The position numbers and the translations under genes were made by a program. The notes below the pieces were generated by a model, which ran no database searches, was not told the origin of the DNA, and saw only the letters and a program-made list of their open reading frames with translations. Positions 26,151 to 40,254 of a stretch of DNA of 64,000 nt are shown here, one piece after another (the stretch's first letter is position 1; the number at the start of each line of letters is the position of its first letter). This DNA is from Eledone cirrhosa (lineage: Eukaryota): assembly GCA_964016885.1 (NCBI GenBank), contig OZ024744.1, positions 51,584,001-51,648,000 on the forward strand. Reading direction: 5' to 3'.

Positions 26151-26300
26151 TTAATTGTAAGTTGTGATGTTGCTATTCCATTCATGTTTTCTATTTAATT
26201 TGGGTTGGAGTTTATTTATGTTTATTGCCTCTATGATTTGTCTAAACATTGCGTCTTTTCTGTGTGTAGATTCTATTTTTATTTCTATGTTCTCTAATTT
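26151..26300 (-). pseudogene. C-terminal end of a Penelope-like RT/GIY-YIG endonuclease ORF
   Basis: Manual translation KLENIEIKIESTHRKDAMFRQIIEAININKLQPKLNRKHEWNSNITTYN*. The RQxxEAxxI...PxLNxKxEW pattern is characteristic of PLE GIY-YIG C-termini. Not in the supplied ORF track. Confidence 0.75.
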
Positions 26301-26384
26301 ACCCTAAGCACACAACACACACAAAAACAAGATGGCGTAGGACAGAACAAAGGAGAAGCACAAACACAAAGAAAAGAATCCCCA

Positions 26385-26427
26385 GTCACTGAAGAGGTGA
26401 CAGAATGTGTGACGAAAGAACTTTGAC
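26385..26427 (+). ncRNA. Minimal hammerhead ribozyme (inverted twin of 25910-25952)
   Basis: GTCA-CTGAAGA-G-GTGACA-GAATG-TGTGAC-GAAA-GAAC-TT-TGAC; one stem II mismatch. Confidence 0.72.
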
Positions 26428-26639
26428 AATATATGAACAATCGTTTGGTTGTGGAACCAACCAACCAACCAGAAATTTATAAATTCTTAAATTTATAAAT
26501 TTAATTTATAATAAATTGAAGTGAAAGCAACTGGTGCGTGTGTTTCTTATTGGCAACATGACCCTCCCAAAGTATAACAATATCGGTTTCAACACACGTT
26601 TTCAGATAAAGAATCTTGTTAAACAAATTCAGAAATGAA

Positions 26640-26718
<79 letters not shown>

Positions 26719-27258
26719 GAAGTGCACTAGCAGCCGAAGTATATGATAAAGTTAAATCTGTATAAATAGAAAGACTGCACCAACGTGTATAAATATATAC
26801 ACATATCAGATTTGGACACATGTAAACTTGCAGGAAAATACGAATTTCGCTGTAAATTGAAAAAAATAATAAACATTTTCAATCGGTTTTCGGATCTTCT
26901 TCAGAAGGTTTTCCACCCAATCAACTATAAAGAAACCTGTATATGATGGCTATATATACCCATTCGCTTTCAGCATTATTCTGAAATGGATATACTAATT
27001 TGTGTGTAATTAGGGCTCGTGCTGGTAATTAGTAATTAATATGCATTAATATATATATATATAACAAAGAGGGTTTGGTAAGGTACCAGGTGGACCATAA
27101 CGCACAAGATTACTTGATACTTAGCGTATAAATATATATATATATAGGAAAAATTCTAACCCCGGTGGCAGAGCTCAAACCGTTTCGGCGGCTATTTCTG
27201 GACTAAATTAGAATTTTTAGCGTGATAATAAATATATTTATATATATATATATATATC

Positions 27259-27479
27259 GACAGTCGATAGACTTTCGTCAAATCGGACCGAGGAAACAAT
27301 GTTTCCGTTGGTCTTTCCAATTGCTAATACTATCTATCGGTCGCAACTCCAGGTAGAAAGAGCAACGTGAAATACAGTGTCTTGCTCAAGGACATAACGC
27401 ATCGCCCGGTTCGGGAATCGAACTCACAACCTCACAATTGCGAATCCAATTCTCTAACCACTCAGCCACGCGCCTTCAC
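27259..27479 (-). mobile_element. tRNA-derived SINE (second family; plus-strand copy at 33884-34087)
   Basis: Minus-strand head GGCGCGTGGCTGAGTGGTTAGAG..GAGTTCGATTCCC (A and B boxes); body GTCCTTGAGCAAGACAC...GTTGCGAC.GATAGATAGTATTAGCAATTGG shared with 33884-34087. Confidence 0.85.
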
Positions 27480-27579
27480 TAATATATATATATAAATATA
27501 TGTATATATATACATATACATACACACACATACAAACACGCGCGAACCCACACACACATATATATACATATATGTATGT

Positions 27580-27810
27580 ATTAATAAAAGATCGGACGCC
27601 ATATTGAATTAATTCCGGTTTATTTAAAACTCCGTTATACATATTTTCCTGATGGTTAGATAGCCTGAGCTCTTCAGACGGCAAAACCCAAATTAAACCC
27701 TTAAATTCGGTAAAATCCAATAATTGCCCCGAAAAACATTTTCTTTTCATGATACAGGGGGCTGGCCGACCGCGTGGTGTTGTTTCTTCGACGGCCGGCC
27801 CCTGTATGAC
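27580..27810 (-). mobile_element. Hammerhead-bearing dispersed repeat (second copy 35763-35990), probable Penelope-like pLTR
   Basis: Minus strand 27632-27681 reads CCGT-CTGAAGA-(stem II partly deleted)-GAAAA-TATGTA-TA-ACGG. The copy at 35813-35870 has a full stem II but CTGGAGA. Both copies include a GC-rich hairpin (27752-27808). Confidence 0.65.
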
Positions 27811-28116
27811 CCCAATAATTTTGGCCGAAGTGTTGGTCAGTTTAGGAAGTAACGAAAACGGTTGTTAGCCCTTCTCCCCTCTCTATCAGTAGCCATTGTA
27901 GTAGTAGTAGTAACAGCGGCTGCTATAAAAGTAGTGACATCCATCTCCTCCCAGCCCCATATTGCCCACAGGTCTGCAACAACTGTGAATATGCACACAA
28001 CATTAACTGATATATTCTAACATAAATGATAGATGAAAAATAGATATGATGAGACATAAATTAAAACCTATTGAAATATGACAAGTAACCGAATTCAACT
28101 AACATATTCTTCTCTC

Positions 28117-28246
28117 CTCACAGCCCCGGCGGACAGAATGGAGAACGCGTTTCCCCGGAGGACGGCAAGGAAGACGCACTGGAAAAGCCACTCCAACTAG
28201 CGGGGCTCAAACCTGCGGCTGGCCAGCTCAGCACCTATGGTGGTGA
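28117..28246 (-). mobile_element. ~130-bp 3' fragment of the CRE-like element
   Basis: Close match to 40333-40460 (CACAGCCCCGG.GGACAGAATGGAGAA.GCGTTT.CCCGGA.GACGGCAAG...CCTGCGGCTGGCCAGCTCAGC.CCTATGGTGGTGA). Confidence 0.85.
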
Positions 28247-28423
28247 TTTTAACCGATACCAAAATTAACTATATAAGAAATAGATTAAAATGAAATAAAT
28301 AAACTAATTAATTAATTAATTAAGAACAAAGGGAAAGTTTATATTAAAGGGATAGATATGTGCGAAAGAGATGATTATAATAAAAAAAATGTGATCAGCA
28401 CATCCCTGTTCTGTTAACTCCAT

Positions 28424-28493
<70 letters not shown>

Positions 28494-28599
28494 ACACCAG
28501 AGCCCTTAACGCGTCCCTTGTTAAGGACAATGTGGTGTGATTCTATTTCTATTGCTCACCATATCGAGTTTTGGTGCTCTTATTCGCACCAGTCGCCAA

Positions 28600-29160
28600 T
28601 CTGGTACTCTCTCAAACTGGTAAAGAGATGGAGAAGTTCAAGTATCTTGGGACCGTGATCACGAGTGATGGAAGGCAGGAGGCTTAGTTAAGTGCAAGAA
28701 TTGCAGGAGCTGGTGCAGTAATGTACCAGCTTCAGCATTCGGTAATCAGAAGATGGGAGGTAGATGCAAAAGCCAAACTTGTTATCTTCTATTCGGTATT
28801 CGTCCCAATCCTTACCTATTTTCATGAATTTTGCGTAATGACCAAAAGAATACAATCGTGAGTACAAGATGCCGAACTGGGGTTACTCCGAAGGGTCTTT
28901 GGAGCAACGTTACTCGTTAGAGTGTGTAAAGCCGACCTCCGAATTGTGAGATCACAGCTCCGATATTACGGGAATATGGTTAGAATGTCTTAGAAAAGAA
29001 TTGCTCGACAGATTTTATGGGCAAAACACTGGAGTGGCCGCCGTACATAATGGTTGGATAACATCCATGAGTTCGCTGGAGGTCCAGCCGGATCAGTTGG
29101 AGACGGTTGCTTCTTATAGGATGCACTGGAAGGAGTGTTTGGGAATTCTGCTCCCACAAC
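28600..29160 (+). pseudogene. RTE-clade (Rex3/Expander-like) LINE 3' fragment
   Basis: Translation EKFKYLGTVITSDGRQEA*LSARIAGAGAVMYQL...AKLVIFYSVFVPILTY.HE..VMTKRIQS*VQDAELGLLRRVFG matches the RTE RT C-terminal region; internal stops. Confidence 0.8.
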
Positions 29161-29161
29161 G

Positions 29162-29215
<54 letters not shown>

Positions 29216-29223
<8 letters not shown>

Positions 29224-29521
29224 CAAAATAAGATGTTGAGGTTACATATATCGTTTAATCATTATAATTATTACCACGGTTCTCCATACAATCGAGATGT
29301 CCTTCATGCATTAGATATGTCTGCTGGGCACACACGCAATAGGAGGTGTGTTTTTTCCTGACAGCGACATATCAAACATATCGATTTCCATCTGAGGATA
29401 CAGTTCTCATAATCAACAGAAAATGCATGAAGGACATCTTGATTGCATGGAGAACCGTGGAAATAATTATAATGATTAAACGATATTTGTAACCTCAGCA
29501 TCTTATTTTGTTATTTTTATA
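29216..29521. repeat. Fold-back element (~95-bp arms) in (TA)n
   Basis: AAAATAACAAAATAAGATGTTGAGGTTAC...GATGTCCTTCATGCAT mirrored by ATGCATGAAGGACATC...GTAACCTCAGCATCTTATTTTGTTATTTT. Confidence 0.88.
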
Positions 29522-29595
29522 AAATTCTCCATCGTAACTAAAAACAACGATTTTTGAGAGCTTTCTCCTCCTTACCAAAACAATCTTTTCCGAAC

Positions 29596-29663
<68 letters not shown>

Positions 29664-29819
29664 AGAAAATGAGGTTTTTTTAAATAAAAAAAAACGAGAT
29701 GTTTTACATGGGTTAAGTTAAAGTATAAGGAAAAGAAATCGAAAATGCAACTGGAGTCTTTTTAAGAATATTTATTTATTTCTTAAAAATACTCCTGTTG
29801 CATTTTCGATTTCTTTTCC

Positions 29820-29873
<54 letters not shown>

Positions 29874-29887
29874 TATATATATATATA

Positions 29888-30174
29888 GTGGAGGCACGTG
29901 ACCTAGTGGTAAGAGTGTTGGACTTACGATCATAATGTCGTGGGTTCGATTCCTGGGCTGCGTGTTGTGTTCTTGAGCAAAACACGTTGCTCCAGTATAC
30001 TCAGCTGAAAATGTGTACCAGCAATAGCTGGAGGTTTAACCCTGCAATGGACTGGCGTCCTGTCCAGGGGAGAGGGGGGGGGGCGTCTTGTACTCTCAGT
30101 CGCTTCACGCCATGAAACCGGGATAAGCACTGGCCAAATGAGCCCTCTGGCTTAACACAGACTTTAGACTTTAG
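29888..30174 (+). mobile_element. tRNA-derived SINE with a MetaSINE-like central domain
   Basis: A box (GTGACCTAGTGG), B box (GGTTCGATTCC), then AACCCTGCAATGGACTGGCGTCCTGTCCAGGGG...TACTCTCAGTCGCTTCACGCCATGAAACCGGGATAAGC, resembling the Meta domain as I recall it; (AGACTTT)2 tail. Confidence 0.72.
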
Positions 30175-30223
30175 ATATATATATATACGTGTATATATAT
30201 ATATATATCTAAATATATAATAC

Positions 30224-30273
<50 letters not shown>

Positions 30274-30299
30274 GTATATATATATATAAATATATATAC

Positions 30300-30369
<70 letters not shown>

Positions 30370-30370
30370 G

Positions 30371-30433
<63 letters not shown>

Positions 30434-30434
30434 G

Positions 30435-30467
<33 letters not shown>

Positions 30468-30470
<3 letters not shown>

Positions 30471-31270
30471 AACGGAAAAAATGAAACGAAATTTCATTTC
30501 TCACTCTTAGTACGGCTGTTACTTAAATATAAGTATGTATACGTACATACATATATGTATACAGACGTACAGTAGTATGTATATATATACATACATGCAC
30601 ACATATATATATGTACGTATGGATTCACCGAACATTTATTATAATGCTCGGTGTGTTTGTAAACAAACATCCCGTATTAAGCCGTAGTGTCTAGCAACCA
30701 TCGTTGCTCATTTGTTCAACACTGACAAAGGAACGCTGTACTAGTTTCAAGCTTATTAGCTATCGTCAGCAACGTATACCTTCCTGCCAGATCGTTGAAC
30801 GTCTGAAAGTATATACTTTCCTTATGCATATTAACGGCTGAGTGAGTTAATCGGTCGGGATACCGAAAGCGATAAACGGAAAAAATGAAACGAAATTTCA
30901 TTTCTCACTCTTAGTACGGCTGTTACTTAAATATAAGTATGTATACGTACATACTTATATGTATGCAGACGTACAGTAGTATGTATATATATACATACAT
31001 GCACACACATATATATATGTACGTATGGATTCACCGACGATAGCTAATAAGCTTGAAACTAATACAGCGTTCCTTTGTCAGTGTTGAACAAATGAGCAAC
31101 GATGGTTGCTAGACACTACGGCTTAATACGGGATGTTTGTTTACAAAAACACCGAGCATTATAATCAATGTTCGGTGAATCCATACGTACATATATATAT
31201 ATATATGTGTGTGCAAATATGTATATATATATACATACTACTGTACGTCTGTATACATATATATATGTAC
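30468..31270 (-). mobile_element. Penelope-like pLTR array: partial tandem plus inverted copy
   Basis: 30468-30630 is directly repeated at 30874-31038; 31036-31270 is an inverted copy of ~30540-30767; contains a hammerhead; follows a long (TA)n. Confidence 0.75.
30733..30775 (-). ncRNA. Minimal type-I hammerhead ribozyme
   Basis: ACGTTG-CTGACGA-TAGCT-AATA-AGCTT-GAAA-CTAG-TA-CAGCGT: palindromic stem III (CUAG), GUA triplet, 6-bp stem I. Confidence 0.8.
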
Positions 31271-31849
31271 ATATACATACTTATATATATATGCCTATGT
31301 ATGATATATGTGAGCATCTGTGTTCATGTTTTTAACAAAATACTACTGGTCAGTTTTTAAACTATTGTTTAATCAGTGAAGAAAAGCCATTTCCAAGCCA
31401 TATTATCAGATCCTTCTACATTGGTGATGACAGGAACAAGGTCATTTTAAACCGGAGGTCTGGTTCCGCTGTTGGCCGCATGGTGGGTTACACTACATGG
31501 ACTCAAGGACCAGATGCTGGGATTAAACCGAATGACATATCAAATCTATCACCTATTGATTAAAACACCAATATCATGTAAAAGCAGATTACTTAGTAAC
31601 TCGATAGATATATATCAATAAAATAAATAAATAAATAAATGAAATTGAAATATACACTGGAGTCGATATGATTGATTTAAATTCTTGAATGTGGGCCATA
31701 ATCAATCAAGTAAATAAATAAATATATAAAAGTATAAATTAAATTGAGTGGATGGGAGCTGTTTTTCACCCGAGCCAATTCTAATTCAACAGATTTGCGA
31801 TAGAAAATATTCCGGTTATGAACATCTCTCTTTATAGGCGTCTGATAGA

Positions 31850-32185
31850 GTCTCCATCGGTTTCGACGATGAGTATTCAGTTGTTCGATATACTGAAGGT
31901 CTCACTCGTGAATTAATGTATAAGAGGTTGACTATTCCACAGACATGTGTACCATTACGGAATCCGGGTGACACGACTTGTGTCGAGTTTGGATATTTTT
32001 AATTTCAGGTACAATCCATCTGACGGGCTTCCATACAGTTTCTGCCTACCTAATTCAACTCAGCAGGCTTGAAGGAAACCGAGGGTGTGTTAAAGACACT
32101 TGTCGAAATTGCCAAGCAGTGGGATCGAACTCGGGGATCTCATGATTGTAAAACTAACTTCCTAACCACTCATCCATATCTGTGT
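31850..32185 (-). mobile_element. Degenerate octopus-type SINE(s)
   Basis: GGGCTTCCATACAGTTTCTGCCTACC...AAGACACTTG...GCAGTGGGATCGAACTC...CTAACCACTCA: B box and A box remnants on the minus strand. Confidence 0.65.
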
Positions 32186-32612
32186 CTGAATGTGTCTATT
32201 TCATCTAAGACTATATTGTCGAATGCGTAGAGCGTTATTTGCTGGAGGTTTAGCTGCTATTTTTAGCAAGATGATCGATCAATCGTATAGCATCTACATC
32301 GTCAACTCGTTAGCCAGTTAGTTAATTAACTAGCCGAGTAGCCAATTAACTAATTAAATTAATTGGTGCTGTTTCCACCAGTCTCCAACTGTAGTAACCA
32401 ACACGTCAAGTCGTAATTAGGAACAATAGTAAAAGTGGTAACTGACTATTAACTAGTTGATAAACTGGTTAGTTCACTAATCTATTTTGATATTAATCTG
32501 ATCACCAGATTGTCACTCTCCCTTTCTCTCCTTCTCTCTATCTATCTACTAATATATCTGTCGGTCTAGCTTGCTACCTATCTCTTTGACTGTCTCTGTC
32601 TGTCTGTGTCCG

Positions 32613-32693
<81 letters not shown>

Positions 32694-32891
32694 ATTTGTT
32701 TATCCAGGAATATTTTCCTCCCAATTCACCACCATGCTCCAGTTTTCACCCTAATATTTCCCATTATTTTTCCCCACCAGGTGGCAGGCAATGTATTGTA
32801 TTGGAAGAAATGTTGTAAACTATTCGGAAAGAGAGAGAGTGTGAGAGAAAGCGCATGACAAGGAGCAAAAAAGTAAGAGAGATGGAGCGAG

Positions 32892-32951
<60 letters not shown>

Positions 32952-33541
32952 TAGTAAATATAGAAGAAATAAAATATAAAAACGCAAGGCGAATGGTAAG
33001 GGAATAAATACATAAATAAAACCTAGTAGCGGAGGTGGTGGAAAATATACAATGTATAGAGAAATAGAGTGAGAGAGAGAGGGAGACAGAGAGAGGGGGA
33101 GAGAGAGGAGGTATAGGGCAAAAGAAATTGGAGAAAGAGAAAAAGAGAAAGGAGTGAGGGAGGAGCGGGTAAAACATTCACAAAATAAATATAAGAATGC
33201 CAAAAAACACACGAACAAAACAAAAGAAAAAAGAAAGCCAAGCGGAATAAATTAACGATGGTATCCATCTTAAAAAGGAGTTAATAATTTTGTGACGACA
33301 GTTCCTCTCCATTCTTCATGTGCCTTTAAAAGCAACCAATCAACGAACGAGACAGAGACGCCACCCAATATGTACATCATAAAAAGCTAGGAGTAAGAGA
33401 CGGCCAGACAGAGGGAGCAATGAGAGAGAGAGAGAGAGAGAGAGAGAGTGAGAGAGAGAATAAGGTGTGGGAGACAAAAGATGGACAGAGACAAACTGAT
33501 AGAAAGTCTGAGTGATACATATACATATATGTGTATATATA

Positions 33542-33703
<162 letters not shown>

Positions 33704-33769
33704 ATATATATATATATATATATACAGTATATATACACATACATATATATAATATATATATACACACAC

Positions 33770-33865
<96 letters not shown>

Positions 33866-34087
33866 TACATACATATATATATGTGTGGCTGGTTGGTTAG
33901 AGAACTGGATTCGCAATCGTGAGGTTGTCAGTTCGATACCTGGAGCGGTCGATGTCCTTGAGCAAGACACTTTATTTCACGTTGCTCCTTCTACTGGGAG
34001 TTGCGACTGATAGATAGTATTAGCAATTGGGAAGACCAATAGAAACATTGTATTCCTCCGTCCGATTTGACGAAAGTCGATCGACTA

Positions 34088-34160
<73 letters not shown>

Positions 34161-34189
34161 TGATACATATACATATATGTGTATATATA

Positions 34190-34267
<78 letters not shown>

Positions 34268-34319
34268 TTCTAATGAATGAAACAGTTCTAGTCCTGTAGA
34301 ATCTCATCTATATTAAAAC

Positions 34320-34355
<36 letters not shown>

Positions 34356-34445
34356 CATATATATATGTGTGTATATATATGTATATATATATACATATAT
34401 ATATGTGTATATATATATATATGTATATATATACCTGTATACCTG

Positions 34446-34504
<59 letters not shown>

Positions 34505-34697
34505 GTATATATATATATATATATATATATAAACCAAATCATCATCAATATGCCTAAGGGATAACCCTCGACTCTCTCTCTCTTTCCCTCTCTACCTGTC
34601 TGCCAACATGAATGGATCTGTTATTTTTATCTAAAAACATTTGGATTGGGAAGTGACCGCAGTTAAAGAAGGTACTCAATGGGTAGAATATAAGCGT

Positions 34698-34761
<64 letters not shown>

Positions 34762-34925
34762 ATTCCTGTTCGCTAATCGGAAATTGTTTCACAGAACATA
34801 TTGCAATATGAACAACTATAATGGCTGTTTGACGTGTTCGAATCACTTACGTAATTGATACCATTGAAATGTGTATAACAACAATGCCGTCATAAACAGT
34901 TTCCAGAATACTACTTTATTCCTTA

Positions 34926-35634
34926 CTAGCAGAATGGCCCGGCGTTGCTCGGGAGTCTAAACATAGATTGGCATGTTTATCTCTCCTTTCTGAAACAGTA
35001 CAGAGAAGTATGGAACACCTCGACCTCGGGATGGTGTGTCCACATTTTGTGCTTATAAAAAAAATTCGTCGTAGGTTTTTTTTCCGTGCGAAGAAAATTA
35101 ATACTTTATCGCGAAATAAATACTTTTGTTTATATTTTGTTATTGTCTATGCAAAAATATCTGTACACGAATATATAATTATATATATATATATATATAT
35201 TAAAATAACAGATTAAAGTTTAAGCAAAGAATCGCTGCTTTCACCCTTAACGGGATATTCTGAAACTAAAAAAATCAATCTGTGAACGCAGAAGTAAATA
35301 TTTCGAAAAACGTTACACACACTATATATATACATATATAAACACACACACACATACAGCGTCATAATGTAATGCAGACAGCCAGACATACAGACAGATA
35401 TTATAAGGGCACAACGTTATATCTATGTATCTATCTATCTGAAAAGAAAGACTAAGAATTATAGAGAGAGATCGTTAAATCGTCTAATGCGGTCCCTAGG
35501 GCATTGAAAATTTGAAATATTCTTTGCTCAAAACACTCACAGGACCATAAGTATTACATGTGTAAAGTTTGAAAACAATCGGTTGGGTGGTTCTCGAGTT
35601 TTAGGGAGTCAGGCAGACAACAATTCTCTGTTTT

Positions 35635-35640
<6 letters not shown>
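34926..35640 (-). mobile_element. Non-autonomous Helitron (same family as 58215-59111), containing a nested repeat at 35195-35280
   Basis: Plus strand begins A|CTAGCAG..CCCGGCGTTGCTCGGG (3' CTAG plus hairpin on the minus strand); body shares CTAATGCGGTCCCTAGG and AAAGTTTGAAAACA.TCGGTTGGGTGGTTCT.GAGTTTTAGGGA with 58850-59100. Confidence 0.75.
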
Positions 35641-35730
<90 letters not shown>

Positions 35731-36298
35731 TCACACATATATATATACATATATATATATGTAAATAAAAGATCTGACGCAATATTCAGTTAATTCCGGT
35801 TTATTTAAAACATCGTAATACATATTTCACTGAAGACTATCAGTTATGATAGCCTACGCTCTCCAGACGGCAAAACTTAAAATAAAAATTGGGAAAAATC
35901 CAATAATTTCCCCGAAAAAGATTTTCTTTTCATGATACAGGGGGCTGGCTGAACATTTGGTGTTGTTTCTTCGACGGCTGGCTCCTAATACTTTACTTCT
36001 CTTTTAAGGAGTTGATTAAATAATTGTTTCTACTTTTGGCACAAGGCCAGCAATTACGCAGTGCATTACTGGTACTTTATTTTATCGACCCCGTAAGGAT
36101 GAAAGGTAAAGTTAACCTCGGCGGGATTAACTTTGCCTTTCATCCTTACGGGGTCGATAAAATGAAGGAGTTGATTAAATAATATTTAAGTAAAGTACAG
36201 TAAAGGAGTAAGTATTATTGACTTTTCCGGTATGTACCTGGTTTAGGGACGGGAGTATACAAATTCCGTGAATCAATTCAATTATATATCTATCTATC

Positions 36299-36544
36299 TG
36301 GAGCATCCCCTCTCTGTGCTCCTGAGGAGAAGGGTTGCACACTTTTTTCGGGAATGTGTGCGACCCCCCAAGGCGCCTCCTCCCTATTGAGGATTTTGTT
36401 ATTAAATTTATTTTTGTTATATTTTATATTTTATTTTTTATATTTTGTTATTGCCTCCTCCTTATTGAGGACGCCTTGTTATGTAAACTCCCCCCATTGT
36501 ACTTGTCCCACTTTTTGATGCCCTGGTGGCAAATAAAAAGAAAG

Positions 36545-36545
<1 letters not shown>
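36299..36545 (+). mobile_element. 3' UTR fragment of the Tx1-like LINE, flanked by (TATC)n on both sides
   Basis: GCTCCTGAGGAGAAGGGTTG...TGTAAACTCCCCC...GCCCTGGTGGCAAATAAA matches 56390-56585; TATCTATCTATCT before, (TATC)n after. Confidence 0.75.
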
Positions 36546-36608
<63 letters not shown>

Positions 36609-36715
36609 TTTTGTGTCTATTCCGGGATTTTTACATAACCTTAATTATTCAATAGACTGAGATGCAACCGGTACTAACAGGGAAACCTTATGCTACTGCC
36701 GTTAACCTCTTATTA

Positions 36716-36749
<34 letters not shown>

Positions 36750-36960
36750 CATATATATAAATATATAAGTATATATCACACACACACACACAGACACAGA
36801 CACACACACATACACACTCACACACACTCACACAGAAAGACATACATATATATGTGTCTGCCTGTCTGTCTCTCTGTCCTTCTTTCGATGTCACCTATCA
36901 GTCAATATATACATGTATGTATGCATGTATTTATATAAATATATATGTACATATACATGT

Positions 36961-37043
<83 letters not shown>

Positions 37044-37439
37044 CACATACATACATACACACATATACAAACATACACACGCACATACACTCATACATAT
37101 TTACACTTTACACTCAGAGACAAAGAGAGGCAACCAGACATATAAATATATCTATACATATATTTAAACACATATGTGTTTGTATATCATAATATATTTT
37201 TGTTTGTATGTTTGAAGTATGTGTGTTAGAGTGACTGACACGGTTTTTCAATTAGATATTAATATTTATTTAGTACAGGTACATATCGTCTGCTGAACAC
37301 TATCTCTCTATCTATATCTCTCAAAATATCGATCTATCCACCCAGCTATCTTAGCATATATATATATAAATAAATAAATATATATATATATATAAATATA
37401 AAAATATATATATATATATTTATATATATATATCTGTAT

Positions 37440-37485
<46 letters not shown>

Positions 37486-37695
37486 GTATATATATTATAA
37501 AAATATATACATTTATATTTATATATATATATGTATATATATATATAAAAATATATATATTTATATTTATATATATATATGTATATATATTATAAAAATA
37601 TATATATTTATATTTATATATATATATGTATATATATATATAAAAATATATATATTTATATTTATATATATATATATGTATATATATATATAAAA

Positions 37696-37729
<34 letters not shown>

Positions 37730-37854
37730 GTATATATATATATAAAAATATATATATATATTTATATATATATGTATATATATATATATATAAATATATA
37801 TATATATATTTATATATATATGTATATATATATATATAAATATATATAAGTATT

Positions 37855-38181
37855 AAGTTGTTAAACAATATTCGATGAGATTATGTCAAAGAATGAGTTT
37901 TACAGTAGATTGGAAGCACTCAACGGTATTAATTTTCAGGAGTATTAAAATATAAGTATTAATAAAATAGATGTTCTTTTGATCAATTACATTTTATTAT
38001 ACATATTTCGGATGTACAACAGTACGTCCTCATCAGACAAAATATAATGATACATTACATACCATACCGGTATGTCATGTATCATTATATTTTGTCTGAT
38101 GAGGACGTACTGTTGTACACCCGAAATATGTATAATAAAATGTAATTGATCAAAAGAACATCTATTTTATTAATACTTATA

Positions 38182-38189
<8 letters not shown>
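37855..38189. mobile_element. Family-A Penelope-like fold-back with two back-to-back hammerheads
   Basis: Palindrome 37943-38189 centred at 38066. Hammerheads at 37986-38048 (-) and 38084-38146 (+): ATTATATTTTGT-CTGATGA-GGACGTAC-TGTT-GTACA(T/C)CC-GAAA-TATGTA-TA-ATAAAATGTAAT. Confidence 0.85.
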
Positions 38190-38212
<23 letters not shown>

Positions 38213-38488
38213 GTTACATATGCACACAGGCACATACTTACATACGCACTTACATACATACATACTACATAGGTACATACATATGAGTGTGTATGTTTTA
38301 TACATATTATATATACACGTGTGCATGTATGCATGTATGTATATATATATATATTGCTATCAAAACAGTTTAAGCATAACCGTAGGGCATTTTACCTTCA
38401 CACTAATGGTCACAGATTTGCAAAGGGAAGTTTTTTTTTCTTTCATACGGGCTTTTTAACAATTAGTATTAAAGAGTCGTCCATATTG

Positions 38489-38572
<84 letters not shown>

Positions 38573-38595
38573 TATATATATAAATACGCACATAC

Positions 38596-38639
<44 letters not shown>

Positions 38640-39062
38640 TATTTGTATAAGTAGGAAACACCTTTTCTATTCAAACATATATTAAAAACTGGACTGAGCT
38701 ACAGATTGATAATTTTTATTAAGGATTTTCCGTATTTCTTTATGAGTTCTTTATTCTTAATTAGAAATCAAGATCTAGGAATGCTAATGTTCCAAACCAA
38801 GTGGAAAGGACTAAGGAAACAAAACAACAACAAACAAACAAAAAAAATGTGTCTAGAGCACAGTCGTGTTTTACACGCACGGACACACACACACATATAT
38901 ATATATACATACATATATACATACACACACACACACACATGTATATATGTATGTATATATATACATACATATATACATATATACATACACACACACACAC
39001 ATTTATATATGTATGTATATATACATACATATATATATACATATATACATACATACGCACAA

Positions 39063-39128
<66 letters not shown>

Positions 39129-39506
39129 ATGTATGTATATACATATATGCAAATATGTATATATATTTTTTCAGATAAGCAAAGATCAACATATAATTGA
39201 GGTCATAACTAACTCTTTCTTTTTACTTTTCTCCTTTGTTTTCTCCCCCTCCCCTCCTCGCTTCTCTTTTCTCTTTCTCTCTATTTTCTCTCTTTATTTC
39301 TCCTTAGAACACACGCTTTCTGTTTCTTTCTCACCCTTTCTTCTTCTCACTGTATATTTTCAGCTCTCTCTCTTAAACATACATACAGTAAACACATAAA
39401 CCCCACACTCGCCTGTATTTATATATATATATAACTAATCTGAGTACAAATATTTTCTTTTCAGTCTCAAGTGGAAATATTTTCACACATATAGATATAT
39501 AATCAC

Positions 39507-39575
<69 letters not shown>

Positions 39576-39704
39576 TATATAGGTGTATATAATGACGGAT
39601 ACATAGTCGTTAGTGAGTAGAAAATTATATATATTTAAGATAAATAAATTAAATATTTGATTCAGAATTATTCTCTTGAAGAGTTAACTGTCAACACATA
39701 CACA

Positions 39705-39754
<50 letters not shown>

Positions 39755-39867
39755 AACACTTATACATACACACGCACGCGTGTGTGTGTTTATATATGTA
39801 TGTGTATGTATGTATATTTCTGTGTGTACGTATGATATATACGTATCTATCTATCATCCATCTATTC

Positions 39868-39912
<45 letters not shown>

Positions 39913-39969
39913 TACACACACACATATATATATATATATTTATATATATTTATATATATATATATACAT

Positions 39970-40001
<32 letters not shown>

Positions 40002-40254
40002 GAAACAATTCTGGACCCCGGCGGCGTGAATCTTTTCATATTACCCACTCTCTCTCTATATATATATAAGTGTGTGTGTGTATATGTGTGTGTGTTTATG
40101 TGTGTATAAAAAAATATAATACAATGTATATATATATATTATATAATATTATAATTTTTTATACACATCCTCTCACACAAACACACACATACATACATGT
40201 ATATGTTTATTTGTCTTAACGATGACAATAACCACAATGGTATAATTTAAACAA

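Noticed and set aside
27400-27479. tRNA genes at SINE heads (also 29888, 33884, 63184)
   Set aside because: A and B boxes are present, but there is no complete cloverleaf and each continues into a SINE body.
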